Positions 38,718 through 49,924 of a stretch of DNA of 49,924 nucleotides are shown one piece after another. Numbering within the stretch: position 1 is the first letter of the stretch; each line of letters opens with the position of its first letter. The notes beneath the pieces were generated by a model. It saw only the letters and a program-made list of their open reading frames with translations. It did not search any database and was not told the origin of the DNA. The stretch spans positions 1 to 49,924 of the forward strand of contig JNEM01011231.1 in NCBI GenBank assembly GCA_000697335.1. The letters are read 5' to 3'. Origin of the DNA: Conidiobolus incongruus B7586 (Eukaryota). A program made the position numbers and the translations under genes.

Positions 38718-40073
38718 TTTCATAGGTACTAATATGCTATTGATATTAATAGGTTATTAGAATAAATTTCAAACAAAAATTAATTGTAGCTATTGTCAAT
38801 ATTTCAGATTGATTTATTAATCAATATCACTTTGAATATTTTAACTTTGCATTAACTGCAATAAATACAATATTGATCAATGTATTATTAGTCTATTGTA
38901 AATCGATCATCAAATTATGGTGAACACAATTCTAATACTTAACCTCATAATTTAAATCTTAGATCTTAATCCACTTAAATTTTATAAGGTTTGAATTTGT
39001 TTTTTCCTAATCTATTAGTAGAATATGATATTATAAATTGATACCTTTAGAATATTTCTATATAAATGCCTTGACCATTTGAATTAATATATATAAAATG
39101 AATTTAAATGATTTAAAAAATTTGATTACTTTGCAAAGCATTCATAAAATCAAACCTATTAAAATTTATTCAAAAATTAACCAAGCATTAAAATTAACTT
39201 TAAAATAGACTAGCATTTGTTTCATAAATCAAAAGCTGATTAAAATTCATTTTATTAATTTTCAATATTAATTAAGGTGATTTTCTAAAAATTATTTTGA
39301 TATACATTTTTTTCGAATTAATTCATATTGTTATTGTTAAAGTTCTTTCAACTTAACATTCCTAAATACCATATCAATACCAAAATTATTCCATTATGTA
39401 AACAATTAAAAAATTATTTTTAATTATATGTTTAAAAATTTAGCATGTCTCATTTATATATATCAATGATTATTTTGTATTAATTTGCATCTTAATATTT
39501 TTAATATTATCATTATCAATAATATTTTTTCAATAATTTTGAATGAAATTTTATCAATAAAATATATTGATTAGGTTTATAATTTGAAATTTGTTAATAT
39601 ACTTGCTATTTAAATAAACTAACATTTAGTTTATATTTCCAACTAAATAGTAAATTTAAATTGATGATACACTTTCAATCTTTTGGCATATTAATAAAAG
39701 GTATAAAAATAATCGATATTAATATTAAAAAATATATTTCTAATATTTTAATATTTATTGAATTCCTAACTGTGATTATTCAAAGATGATGTGAAAAAAT
39801 GGTTATTTTTTACAAGAGATCCCATAATCGAAATAAATTTTACATATTAATTTAAACACAAATTTTAATAGGTTCAAATTTAAATTCATTTTATTCTAAC
39901 CAAAATAACTGATTCATTAATGTTTTATTCATCTGCTCTGACAGTAGCAAATGAGTGATTCATTCTTTAGATCATGTTCATTGGTTTTATTTCTATTCAC
40001 TCCTTGTGAGTGGGATTGCATTTTACCTTTGTTGTTGTCAAGTAAGTTAATTTTCTGATATTACTCAATTTGT

Positions 40074-40156
40074 ATGATGAATTATTGAATTGGTCCGTGT
40101 TTATGAGCGGCTTAAGACCCCGTCAAATGAACTTAACTTTTTTCCATTCTCTCTGA
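40074..40156 (+). ncRNA. SNORD18: Box C/D snoRNA, U18/snR18 family
   Basis: C box ATGATGA (40074), guide TTGGTCCGTGTTT (40090-40102) complementary to LSU rRNA AAACACGGACCAA, D' ATGA, D box CTGA (40153-40156). Confidence 0.88.
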
Positions 40157-40330
40157 CTTTTTCTTTTATTATACCAAATTGTAATTGTTTTTCAATACGT
40201 TTATTAACCAAGATTTTCTTAATAGGTGATATTCTGTAAGAATATTTGAATTATTTAAACACACTTATGATCTTATTGAATCAATTGGTAAGTCAAGTTC
40301 TATCAAATATTTTATACTAGGTTATATAAA

Positions 40331-40408
40331 ATGATGTTTTTTTTAATCACGACGGTCATACTATTTCACCGTGAGTCTAACGCTTGTTGACCCAAGCATT
40401 TTTGCTGA
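40331..40408 (+). ncRNA. SNORD35: Box C/D snoRNA, U35/snR73 family
   Basis: C box ATGATGT (40331), guide TCACGACGGTC (40347-40357) complementary to LSU rRNA GACCGTCGTGA next to the peptidyl transferase centre, D box CTGA (40405-40408). Confidence 0.82.
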
Positions 40409-40575
40409 TTTTTGTTTAACCTTTTCAAGTTTTGATATTTATATTTTTTAATATCATCGTTTTAACCACCCTTTTTTGTTTAGATTCGACATTTGAATAT
40501 GGCTGGATCATATCTATTATATTTAAATAAATATCTATTTATCATTTAAACATTAAATTTTTAATCCTTGAAATA

Positions 40576-41888
40576 TTACCATGCAATCGAACAAATGGGA
40601 AATTTTTTAATTTCTGATTTTTCAAACATATTATTAGTTTCAAATAAGCAAATATATACAAAACAAATAGGAAAATAAATAGTTTTGAATTATATATATA
40701 TATATATATATAATAACTTTGTTGATTAAAAAAATAATTTTTTAAAATTAATTGTTTAATTTAATCATACTTAAACTAAATAGTAACCATCAAAAGTTTT
40801 TTATTTTAGTATTAGTAAAACTTAACTATAAACCTTTTAAAATCATTTAAAATTTACAAATAACTTTTAATAATAAAATATTATCTAAATTAACAATTTA
40901 TTACTAGGTAAATTACTTTAAAACTAAAAGAAAAACTACTTAAAACCTGTTAAAATCTAAAAAATTAATTTCAACTATTATTTTTCTATTTGTTAATAAA
41001 ATAAAAAAACATATTAAAAAACACTTTTTTATTTTAGTTAAAGAATTATTAAGATACTTTAATATTAGTTACACAAGTATTTTAAATATATTAAAGTTTA
41101 AATTAAAATTAATTAATAAAAATATAAAATAAATATCTTATAATTTAACTAAAACTTAAAAAAAATTAAAGTAGTTATTACTAAATAAAACTTACTAAAA
41201 TATAACTAGAAACTAAAACTTTTATAGTGAATTATTATAATTAATAAATCTTAGATTTTTTTGTATAATCTTTTATTAAAATATAAATTAAAGTGTTAAA
41301 TTAAGTTAAATTAACCCCCTCTATAAATTCCTTTAAATAAACACTTTATTAATAAACAAATGCTAATTGTTATAATAAATTATAATAACATATGTTATTC
41401 TTATTTAATTCTTAAAAAAAATCAATTAATAATAAACTTTATATTTTTTTTAAATAAAAGTATTTTTAATTAATATTCTCAATATAATTTAAGAAAATTT
41501 ATTATTTTACATGATAATTATAAAATACATAAATTTAAAGTTGTAAAAAACTTTTTAATTAAAAATAACTAGAAAAAACTACCACATCTAGTATATTCTT
41601 TAGGTTATAACTTATATAATTATAATTATTTTAGGTAATTAAAAAACTAGCTTGTAAAAAAAATTTCTACAGGAAAATTTAATTGGTTTGTAAAACATCA
41701 AATTTTAGTCTTTAATAAAAAAAATTATTTTTTAGGTATTAGATCTTTGTTAAAAGTATAGCAAAAAGTTATTAGAAATAAAAGAAACTATTAATTTTAT
41801 ATTATATATTTATTTTTACTTTTTACATATTAAAATGTTTATTTTTTTTCAATTGCAAAAAATTCCCATTATTTAAATTACAAAGTAA
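40576..41888 (+). mobile_element. Full-length (1313 bp) hypermutated mariner (DD34D) element, copy B
   Basis: Degenerate TIRs (TTACCATGCAATCGAACAAATGGGAAATTTT and AAAAATTCCCATTATTTAAATTACAAAGTAA) flanked by TA. Relic codons *ISYNLT (WIPH.LT, 41130), LHDN...H (41507) and *KKLPHLVYSLGYNLYNY..FR (W..LPHPAYSP...PCDY..FR); 34 codons between the catalytic D positions. Confidence 0.88.
40691..40712. repeat. (TA)n microsatellite inside the mariner 5' region
   Basis: About 11 consecutive TA units. Confidence 0.9.
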
Positions 41889-42528
41889 TATTATTAATAT
41901 ATCAATTAGATATTAAACATCTTTTTAATTTAAGCAATATCTACTAATTTTTTATGTTGTATCAGTTCATTAAAATTAAAGTATTAACTTTAAAATGATT
42001 GAAATCAGATTACATTATTTTGCACCTAATACTTTTAAAGATATCATATTCAATAATCTTTTTAACTATCTTTCTTAGTAATCCTTTAAGAACTTTGAAT
42101 ACTAATCAGTATCAATCAACCTTAAAATATTATCAAATCAATAATAGCAATCAAACTATTATTTATAAGGTTATTTATAAGTTATGTCACCATTAAGTAT
42201 ATTAACTACACAATCATCAAATTTGTAGATTTCACACTATATACTAATCAATTTATAGTATATTAAAATTTTTTGATTTATACAAAATGGTAAAAGTTTT
42301 TCAAAATAAGTTGTAGATTTAAATATTATGATCCTCCAAAAGACAACTAATGATGATTGTTAATTATTTAATATCTTGGCCAAACTAATATGCCAATATA
42401 TATTATAAAAACTTTAATTCTGACATCAAAACTCAAACTTGATAAATGCTCCATCTCACTTGTAATCCCATAAAACAAAATTATTACCATCATATAAATA
42501 AAGGTGATTATATACATTGAATTTTAAA

Positions 42529-43490
42529 ATGTCTAGCTTTCAGCAATCAATAGTAAATCAATTTAAACAAAATGCTATTACAATTAATCCTGAATGGTTA
42601 AACTCAAACTCAAATATTACAAATTACCAAAACTATTATAATTTGTTTTTAAATTCCGATATGAAATTTACTACTTTGCCATTGGAGGGTGTTGTTGGAT
42701 CGAAAGATTTGATGGGTATTAAAAGGACGGTATTGTTTGAACATGGTGTAGTTTTACAGCTGATGGATATTGTGGATTCAGGAAAGAGTTTGATTCAACA
42801 GATAGAACAGTTAAAGGGTATTGAGGAGGATTTGGAGTTAGAAGAACTTGACTTGAAATCGACTCAGCCTAAGGCCAAGACACATTGCTTTAAGTTAACC
42901 TTGTCGGATGGCCACAATGAATTTCAAGCTTCTGAAAAGGTAATGATTAATGATTTGAAATTAGATATGCCATTAGGTACTAAGGTAAAGTTTTATATAC
43001 TATTTTCAACAGAATAATAATTGACTCGTATTTTTTATAGATATATTTCAAGCAAGTGACAACATTACGAGGATTGATGATGCTAGAACCCCAAAATTGT
43101 AGAGTTATTGGTGGCCAAGTTAAAACTTTGAATACTTTGAATGCGATCCAGAGGCTGGAAAAGAAACTCAGAGGCCCTGATTACGTAGATAAGTCCTATA
43201 TTCCTCCCAAAGCTTCTCAGCAATCAGTCTCTTTAACGGCAGGATTGAATCAAACTAATACTATAGACTTAACTACAACATCTGATGCTAATTCAACCAC
43301 CATGACTACAAATCGAATTTACTCTAACATATCAAATCCACCAACTACTGGATACCTTGCAACATCGAATAATAATAATAATCCAGACTCAACTAATGAT
43401 GATCTCTTTGGCGATGATATCGATGACTCTTTCATTAATTTGGTAGCTGCAGAATTTGAACATGATGATAACAACAATGCTTTTCAATAA
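42529..43490 (+). CDS. RMI1: RecQ-mediated genome instability protein 1 (RMI1 N-terminal/OB fold)
   Basis: INPEWL, LFLNSDM, VVLQLMDIVDSG, FKLTLSDGHNEFQASE and LGTK|I...RGLMMLEPQNCRVIGGQV; acidic tail; one intron. Confidence 0.85.
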
Positions 43491-44652
43491 TATCATCATG
43501 TTTCAAGAAATTTGTTAATATTTCCACTCTAACAATAAAATAATGCATTCTAATTATTCAATATATCAATATCCATTAAATATCTTTTATGATGTATTTA
43601 TATTATGAATTATAGTATAATTTAACGAATAATAGAAAATAGAATTCATATTCAAATCAAAAGCAATTTTCCAATCAAAAATTTTCAAAATTGCTTATAT
43701 TATTAATGATGATTTGAAATCCTTATCAAATGCAATATATTTAAACAGAATGAATCTATGATTTAAATCTTTTCACTTGGCGAATATGGTGGTTCTGAAA
43801 ATGAAAGTTATGATATTTCAAATACTGTGAAAAAATAATTGGTAATATTAACAATTAGTCGGGAATTGCATTGGAATATATTTAAGCTATATTCATATTA
43901 TTTTGATACAATTTTGTTATTCTGGAAAATTGTACCAATTTTCTAACTCTAAAGACTTGTTTTCATCAGTAAAATAATCTGGGTTTGATAAGAATAAAAG
44001 AATGTTATGATAGCTAATTTTAATTATTATCAATAAAATTCAGCTCTATCAATAACGCCAAAATAAATATATTTGAAAAATAATCTATAATTGAAAAATT
44101 AATAAATATTCAAATTTATGTTAATTTTTTGGAGAATAGAACTTTTTTATACATTAAAAGTGTCAAAAAATGATTTCAAAGGGTTAATAGATCTAAATAT
44201 GTAATTATCTGTTTAAAATTATTATTGAATATTAATATATCTGAAATTAATTTATAAGAATGCTAGTGTTATATTTAAATATCACAACCGCAAATTTTAT
44301 CAAAAAACAACTATTCAAGTTATTTTTATTGGATTTAAGATTGAATTCAAATTATCAAATAATGGTTGATTATATAATTATAAGCCAGGAAAAATACAGT
44401 AATTATAATTACTAAGTTCATAATTCCCTCTCTACAAGATATTTAATATTTTGTTATTTAAAAATTTATTGTTTAAATCTAAATCCCATAATTTCCAATC
44501 CATGCATCCTGTTGTAAATATTTTCTCCACTCAATTTCAAATTAACATAAAACCAAATATTTAAACAAATACAAAAATATATATATATATAAATTAATAA
44601 CCCATATAAATTCAAATAAATTTTCATTTATTAAATAACATATATTTCAAAA

Positions 44653-44981
44653 ATGAGACAGAATCTCGTTGGAATGGTAGTAAGTACGGCTATGCAAAAG
44701 ACCATTAAGGTTAAAGTACCTAGATTAAAAGTTCACAAATTAACTCAAAAAGTAATTCTCTATTGAAATTTATAATTTAATTCATACTAATACAATGATA
44801 GGAAATGTTAAGTCATAAAAATTACTTGGCTCATGACGAACATGGTACCTGTATTTTAGGAGATATTGTCCGAATTCAAGCTTGTAGACCTCTCTCCAAG
44901 AAGAAACACTTCGCTGTCGCCGAAATTATGAAGAAGGCTAGAACTTATACTGACCCCGTTACTGGTCAGGTTTTACAATAA
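44653..44981 (+). CDS. MRPS17: Mitochondrial ribosomal protein uS17m; 2 exons (not in the ORF track)
   Basis: MRQNLVGMVVSTAMQKTIKVKV..|..KNYLAHDEHGTCILGDIVRIQACRPLSKKKHFAVAEI. Confidence 0.93.
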
Positions 44982-45322
44982 ATTGGAAAAATTGGTATTT
45001 ATATTAAGAGTAATAATAAATTTCAAATATATTTTTAATCTAGAATGATACTATCTGTTAACTTTTTACTAAGATTTTATTAAAATTGTTTAGCGTTTAG
45101 AGAGTTTGAATTAAAAAAAATATCATATATAATCTCATAATTTCTGTTCAATTTGAATATATTTCAATAATATTGACAAAAACGAGAATTAGTACAGTTA
45201 TTAGATAATCAAATAAAAATTTTTTGTGTTATAAAATGCTTTTTAATTTAAATAGATTGAATTGAATTTATTGAATAAATTAAATAGTTCAATGATTTAG
45301 ACATTTTATTAAATCAATTGTT

Positions 45323-46384
<1,062 letters not shown>

Positions 46385-46617
46385 AAATATATATATTTAA
46401 TATGATATATATTAAATATGATTTATTGCTGTTGTAGACTTAAACTTTAAAAGGATTCTTTAATACAACAATAATTATGGGATCAATCATGATTCGAAAT
46501 TGATACTGCTATTTTTAATTGATATTCAATAACCAAATATATATATATATATAAAAGTAAAATAAATTCGAATAGATTAATTAAATTTTATAAATGAACT
46601 ATAGATTGATCTCAAAA

Positions 46618-47691
46618 CTAATTAATTTGTAAATCGTTCATCATATCCTCTAATTTCTTTAAACTATTGGGATCATAACCCAAAGAATTCAGATCTTGTC
46701 TCATTTCTTCAGGATCTTGTAATGCTTGATACAAGAAAAAGTTACAGAAACCCTTTAGAGCAATGGCTGATGGGCTGTTGGTTGCAAAGTGTTCAATAAT
46801 CTGTTTAACAAATTCTGTAGGTGGTTGAGATCCATGATTGATCGTTGTGATCAATTGGTTAAGTTCCTTGAAATTGAGAAGCTTGTCTTGATCTTTGTCG
46901 AATTTGTGGAAGATTTCTGTCAAAATGGCTTGGAAGGGTTCGGATAAGTTATTACCATTAGTTAATGGTATTTTGCCTTGGCCTTGTAATTGATCAAATA
47001 AGATTTGAATTTCGTTTTTTAATTCTATAATAATCAGTTTATATAGATAAATTGGGAATGCATTAAGTGTGTAAATAATATTACCTAAAAGAGGTTCAAA
47101 GGTGTTATCTAGTTCTAAACCCATATCCAAAATCATCAAAGCATTTTTAGGATGATTCAAAATATAGCAAATAAAAGCTAAAGTGTAAAAACTCATTAAA
47201 TTTTGATCCACTAAAAAATCAATCAATATTCTATCCTTTGTCATAGATCAAATATAATTACCCAAACAATTCAAAGCAATATGAGTAGCATCTAACAATA
47301 ATTGGATATCTGAAGGATCCTTTTGAAAATGTTCTAGCTTTTCTCTGGCAACTTCCAAATCTTTAATTTCGTTAGGTGTTCCAAAAACTTCACGTGCATA
47401 TTGTTTCCAATTTTCAGGTTCTTGAGTCTGAGAAATTTGATTTAAACCACTTTCTACCATAAGTTGTTCAATTTGAACACGACTCCAATAATAACCCCAG
47501 ACAAAACTAAATATAAATTAATCATCATTTGAATAAATAATAATCGTTGTTCAATACTTTCTCCAAATGGTATCATTATTTAACAAATTTAAAAATTTGG
47601 AATTAATACTAGAAAAATTGATAAAGTCTTGAATTGATAAATATTCTACAATTTTTACGAAATCAGATTCTTTTAAGCTATATAGACTCAT
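46618..47691 (-). CDS. F-box protein with a TPR-like helical region and C-terminal EF-hand domain; 4 exons
   Basis: Exon 1 MSLYSLKESDFVKIVEYLSIQDFINFSSINSKFLNLLNNDTIWR (F-box-like) and NWKQY; FYTLAFICYILNHPKNALMILDMGLELD (TPR-like); IFHKFDKDQDKLLNFKEL..LKGFCNFF..QDPEE..DLNSLGYD (EF-hand). Confidence 0.75.
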
Positions 47692-48255
47692 TTGTATAAT
47701 AGTTGATTGATTTTGAGCATTAGTATTTAAATTTAAAAATTTATAGTTTAGAATAGCATACTAATTTTATGGGAATTTTTAATATTTCTAAAAAGATTTT
47801 TACGATTACATTGAAACTAAGGATACAGCTACATTAAAAATATAAGAAAATTATAAAGATCATGTAGACCATTATTCATATAGTCAAAGATCATTATTAA
47901 AAATTGCAGTTATTAATTATCTTAATAAGGAATCTAAATTATCATTGTGTTAGAACAAAATCGTGTTTAAAATAAATAAACCCATAATTTTATTAATTGA
48001 AAATTCAAATATAAAATTTCCCCCGATTTTATTTTTATCTAAGTTTAATGTAAAATAAATTTCGTCACCTAAATTTACTCAACTCAGACTAGATTTAATT
48101 CATAAATAATTAAAAAGATATTTCATTAATTATTTTATGATACATTTTACCCTCAATCTTTAACAAAATTTTAAAATTTAGATACTATTGAAATTTATAT
48201 TATTTATAATTAATTCGATTTATTTTACATTATATTTATTTATATACATTAAACA

Positions 48256-49924
48256 ATGGTGCACGATCCTGGATTTTTACAAAAACGCCCCGTAGTTCAT
48301 CAGGTCCCTAAAAAGATTAAACAAATTGAATTCAATGTTTTATCTCATGGTGAAATAAGTCGAATGGGAGAATTTCAAGTGACTCAGAGGGATTTGTTTG
48401 AACTTGACCGCTCTTTAAAGCCCGATGGTGTTCTTGACCCCAGATTAGGTACAGGGGACAAGAACAAAACATGTGCTACTTGTCATTTGCCCACCGCCGA
48501 ATGCATAGGTCATTATGCCTACATCCCTCTCGTCCTTCCTGTATTCCATGTGGGTTATTTCCGTCACATTGTACAAATCCTCCAATGTATTTGTAAATCA
48601 TGCAGTCGAGTATTATTATCCGAGCATGAGCGTCGCTCTTTCCTAAATCGATTAAGACGTCCCAATTTGGACAATTTGCAGAGAATGAACTTTATCAAAG
48701 CAATCGTCACTAGTTGTAAAAAGGTTACTAAATGTCCCCATTGTAATAGCACGAATGGTGTAGTTAAGAAGGTTGCAGGATTAAAGCCTATCCACGAAAA
48801 ATACCGCTCTAAAACCAAGGAAATTGTTGAAGAATATGCACAATTCAAAGAGACTTTTAAGAAAGCTGAAGATCTCCAGCCTGAAATTCGACCACATTTA
48901 AACAAAGCTCAAGATGATCTGAATCCACTTAAGGTTCACAAATTGTTTAGAGCAATCCCAGCCGAAGACTGTGAATTATTGGGATTGGATCCTGACAAAG
49001 GAAGACCTGAAAAATTGCTTTGGACTTGTATTCCTGTTCCACCTGTTTGTATTCGTCCATCTGTTGAGCGTGATGGAGCTTCCAACGAAGATGACCTTAC
49101 TATAAAATTAACCGAAATTGTTCATATAAATGCATTGATTAAAGCTGGACTAGAGAAAGGTGCAAGCGCCAACTACCTCATGGACCTCTGGGAAAATCTT
49201 CAGCTCTCTGTTGGTATGTACATTAATGGTGAAGTACCCGGTGTAAGCTTAGCCAGCATCGGTAGACCCATCAAAGCATTCTGCCAGCGTCTTAAGGGTA
49301 AACAGGGTCGTTTTAGAGGAAATTTAAGTGGTAAGCGTGTTAACTTTACTGGAAGAACAGTTATTTCTCCCGATCCCAATTTGAGAATCGATCAAGTCGC
49401 AGTACCAGAACTTGTTGCCAAAATTTTGACTTACCCCGAAAAAGTCAATGACTTTAATATTAAACGTTTGAGAAAAGCTATTCGCAATGGCCCAACACAA
49501 CATCCTGGTGCCAACTTTGTCCAATTCTTAGATGGAAGTAAAAAATCGTTAAAATTTGGTAATAGAGAAGAAATTGCTAAGAATTTGAGATTTGGTGATA
49601 TTGTCGAGCGCCATTTGAAAGATGATGACATTGTATTATTTAATCGTCAACCCTCTCTCCATCGTTTGAGTATCATGTCCCACTTTGTCAAAGTCAGACC
49701 TCACCGTACTTTCAGATTAAATGAATGTGTTTGTAATCCATACAATGCCGATTTTGATGGTGATGAAATGAATTTACATGCTCCTCAAACTGAAGAAGCT
49801 AGAATTGAAGCTATGGAATTGATGGGTGTCAAAAACAATTTAGTTACCCCTCGTAATGGTGAGCCCCTCATTGCTGCCATTCAGGATTTCATTACAGCTG
49901 GTTACCTCTTATCCCACAAAGATC
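48256..49924 (+). CDS. RPC1: RNA polymerase III largest subunit (5' part; runs off the window)
   Basis: Open frame from ATG 48256: GVLDPRLG..CATC..ECIGHY, PVFHVGYF, RLKGKQGRFRGNLSGKRVNFTGRTVISPDPNL, NRQPSLH and YNADFDGDEMN. Confidence 0.96.
   Translation, partial: MVHDPGFLQKRPVVHQVPKKIKQIEFNVLSHGEISRMGEFQVTQRDLFELDRSLKPDGVLDPRLGTGDKNKTCATCHLPTAECIGHYAYIPLVLPVFHVGYFRHIVQILQCICKSCSRVLLSEHERRSFLNRLRRPNLDNLQRMNFIKAIVTSCKKVTKCPHCNSTNGVVKKVAGLKPIHEKYRSKTKEIVEEYAQFKETFKKAEDLQPEIRPHLNKAQDDLNPLKVHKLFRAIPAEDCELLGLDPDKGRPEKLLWTCIPVPPVCIRPSVERDGASNEDDLTIKLTEIVHINALIKAGLEKGASANYLMDLWENLQLSVGMYINGEVPGVSLASIGRPIKAFCQRLKGKQGRFRGNLSGKRVNFTGRTVISPDPNLRIDQVAVPELVAKILTYPEKVNDFNIKRLRKAIRNGPTQHPGANFVQFLDGSKKSLKFGNREEIAKNLRFGDIVERHLKDDDIVLFNRQPSLHRLSIMSHFVKVRPHRTFRLNECVCNPYNADFDGDEMNLHAPQTEEARIEAMELMGVKNNLVTPRNGEPLIAAIQDFITAGYLLSHKD

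Larger units (their letters stand above)
39900..40540 (+). ncRNA. Putative non-coding snoRNA host transcript with two introns (boundaries approximate)
   Basis: GTAAGT donors at 40042 and 40288, branch-like TATTAAC/TTTAAC and acceptors near 40225 and 40483. Each intron holds one C/D snoRNA, the exons lack a credible ORF, and TCCCATAA lies upstream at 39820. Confidence 0.65.

Overview
This is an AT-rich eukaryotic window from a fungus with very short (about 45-70 nt) GT-AG introns. The style suggests an early-diverging lineage such as Conidiobolus/Entomophthoromycotina (inference). Conserved genes: a Kic1/Nak1-type Ste20 kinase, GGTase-I beta, GID8, a bZIP factor, a Tco89-domain protein, SRP receptor alpha, BMT5, MCM3, PFK2/FBPase2, a calmodulin-like protein, SIW14-like and classical tyrosine phosphatases, RMI1, mitochondrial uS17, COQ5, an F-box/EF-hand protein and RPC1 (runs off the end). 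The window also holds one intact tRNA gene, two decayed tRNA genes and several pseudogenes (MEMO1, HSBP1-like, LRR-like, an orphan ORF). Structure the ORF track misses: (1) a Tc1 (DD34E) element nested in a mariner (DD34D) copy, itself abutting a tRNA-adjacent LTR-like end, with an uninterrupted mariner copy at 40.6-41.9 kb; (2) both DNA transposons destroyed largely by C>T/G>A changes, a RIP-like pattern with TpC and CpG depletion; (3) LTR-like ends 10-11 bp upstream of two tRNA genes; (4) a non-coding two-intron host gene carrying U18- and U35-type box C/D snoRNAs; (5) a WCCCAYAA promoter motif before most genes and an SCB+CCAAT cluster upstream of MCM3. All calls are from manual reading; no database searches were run.
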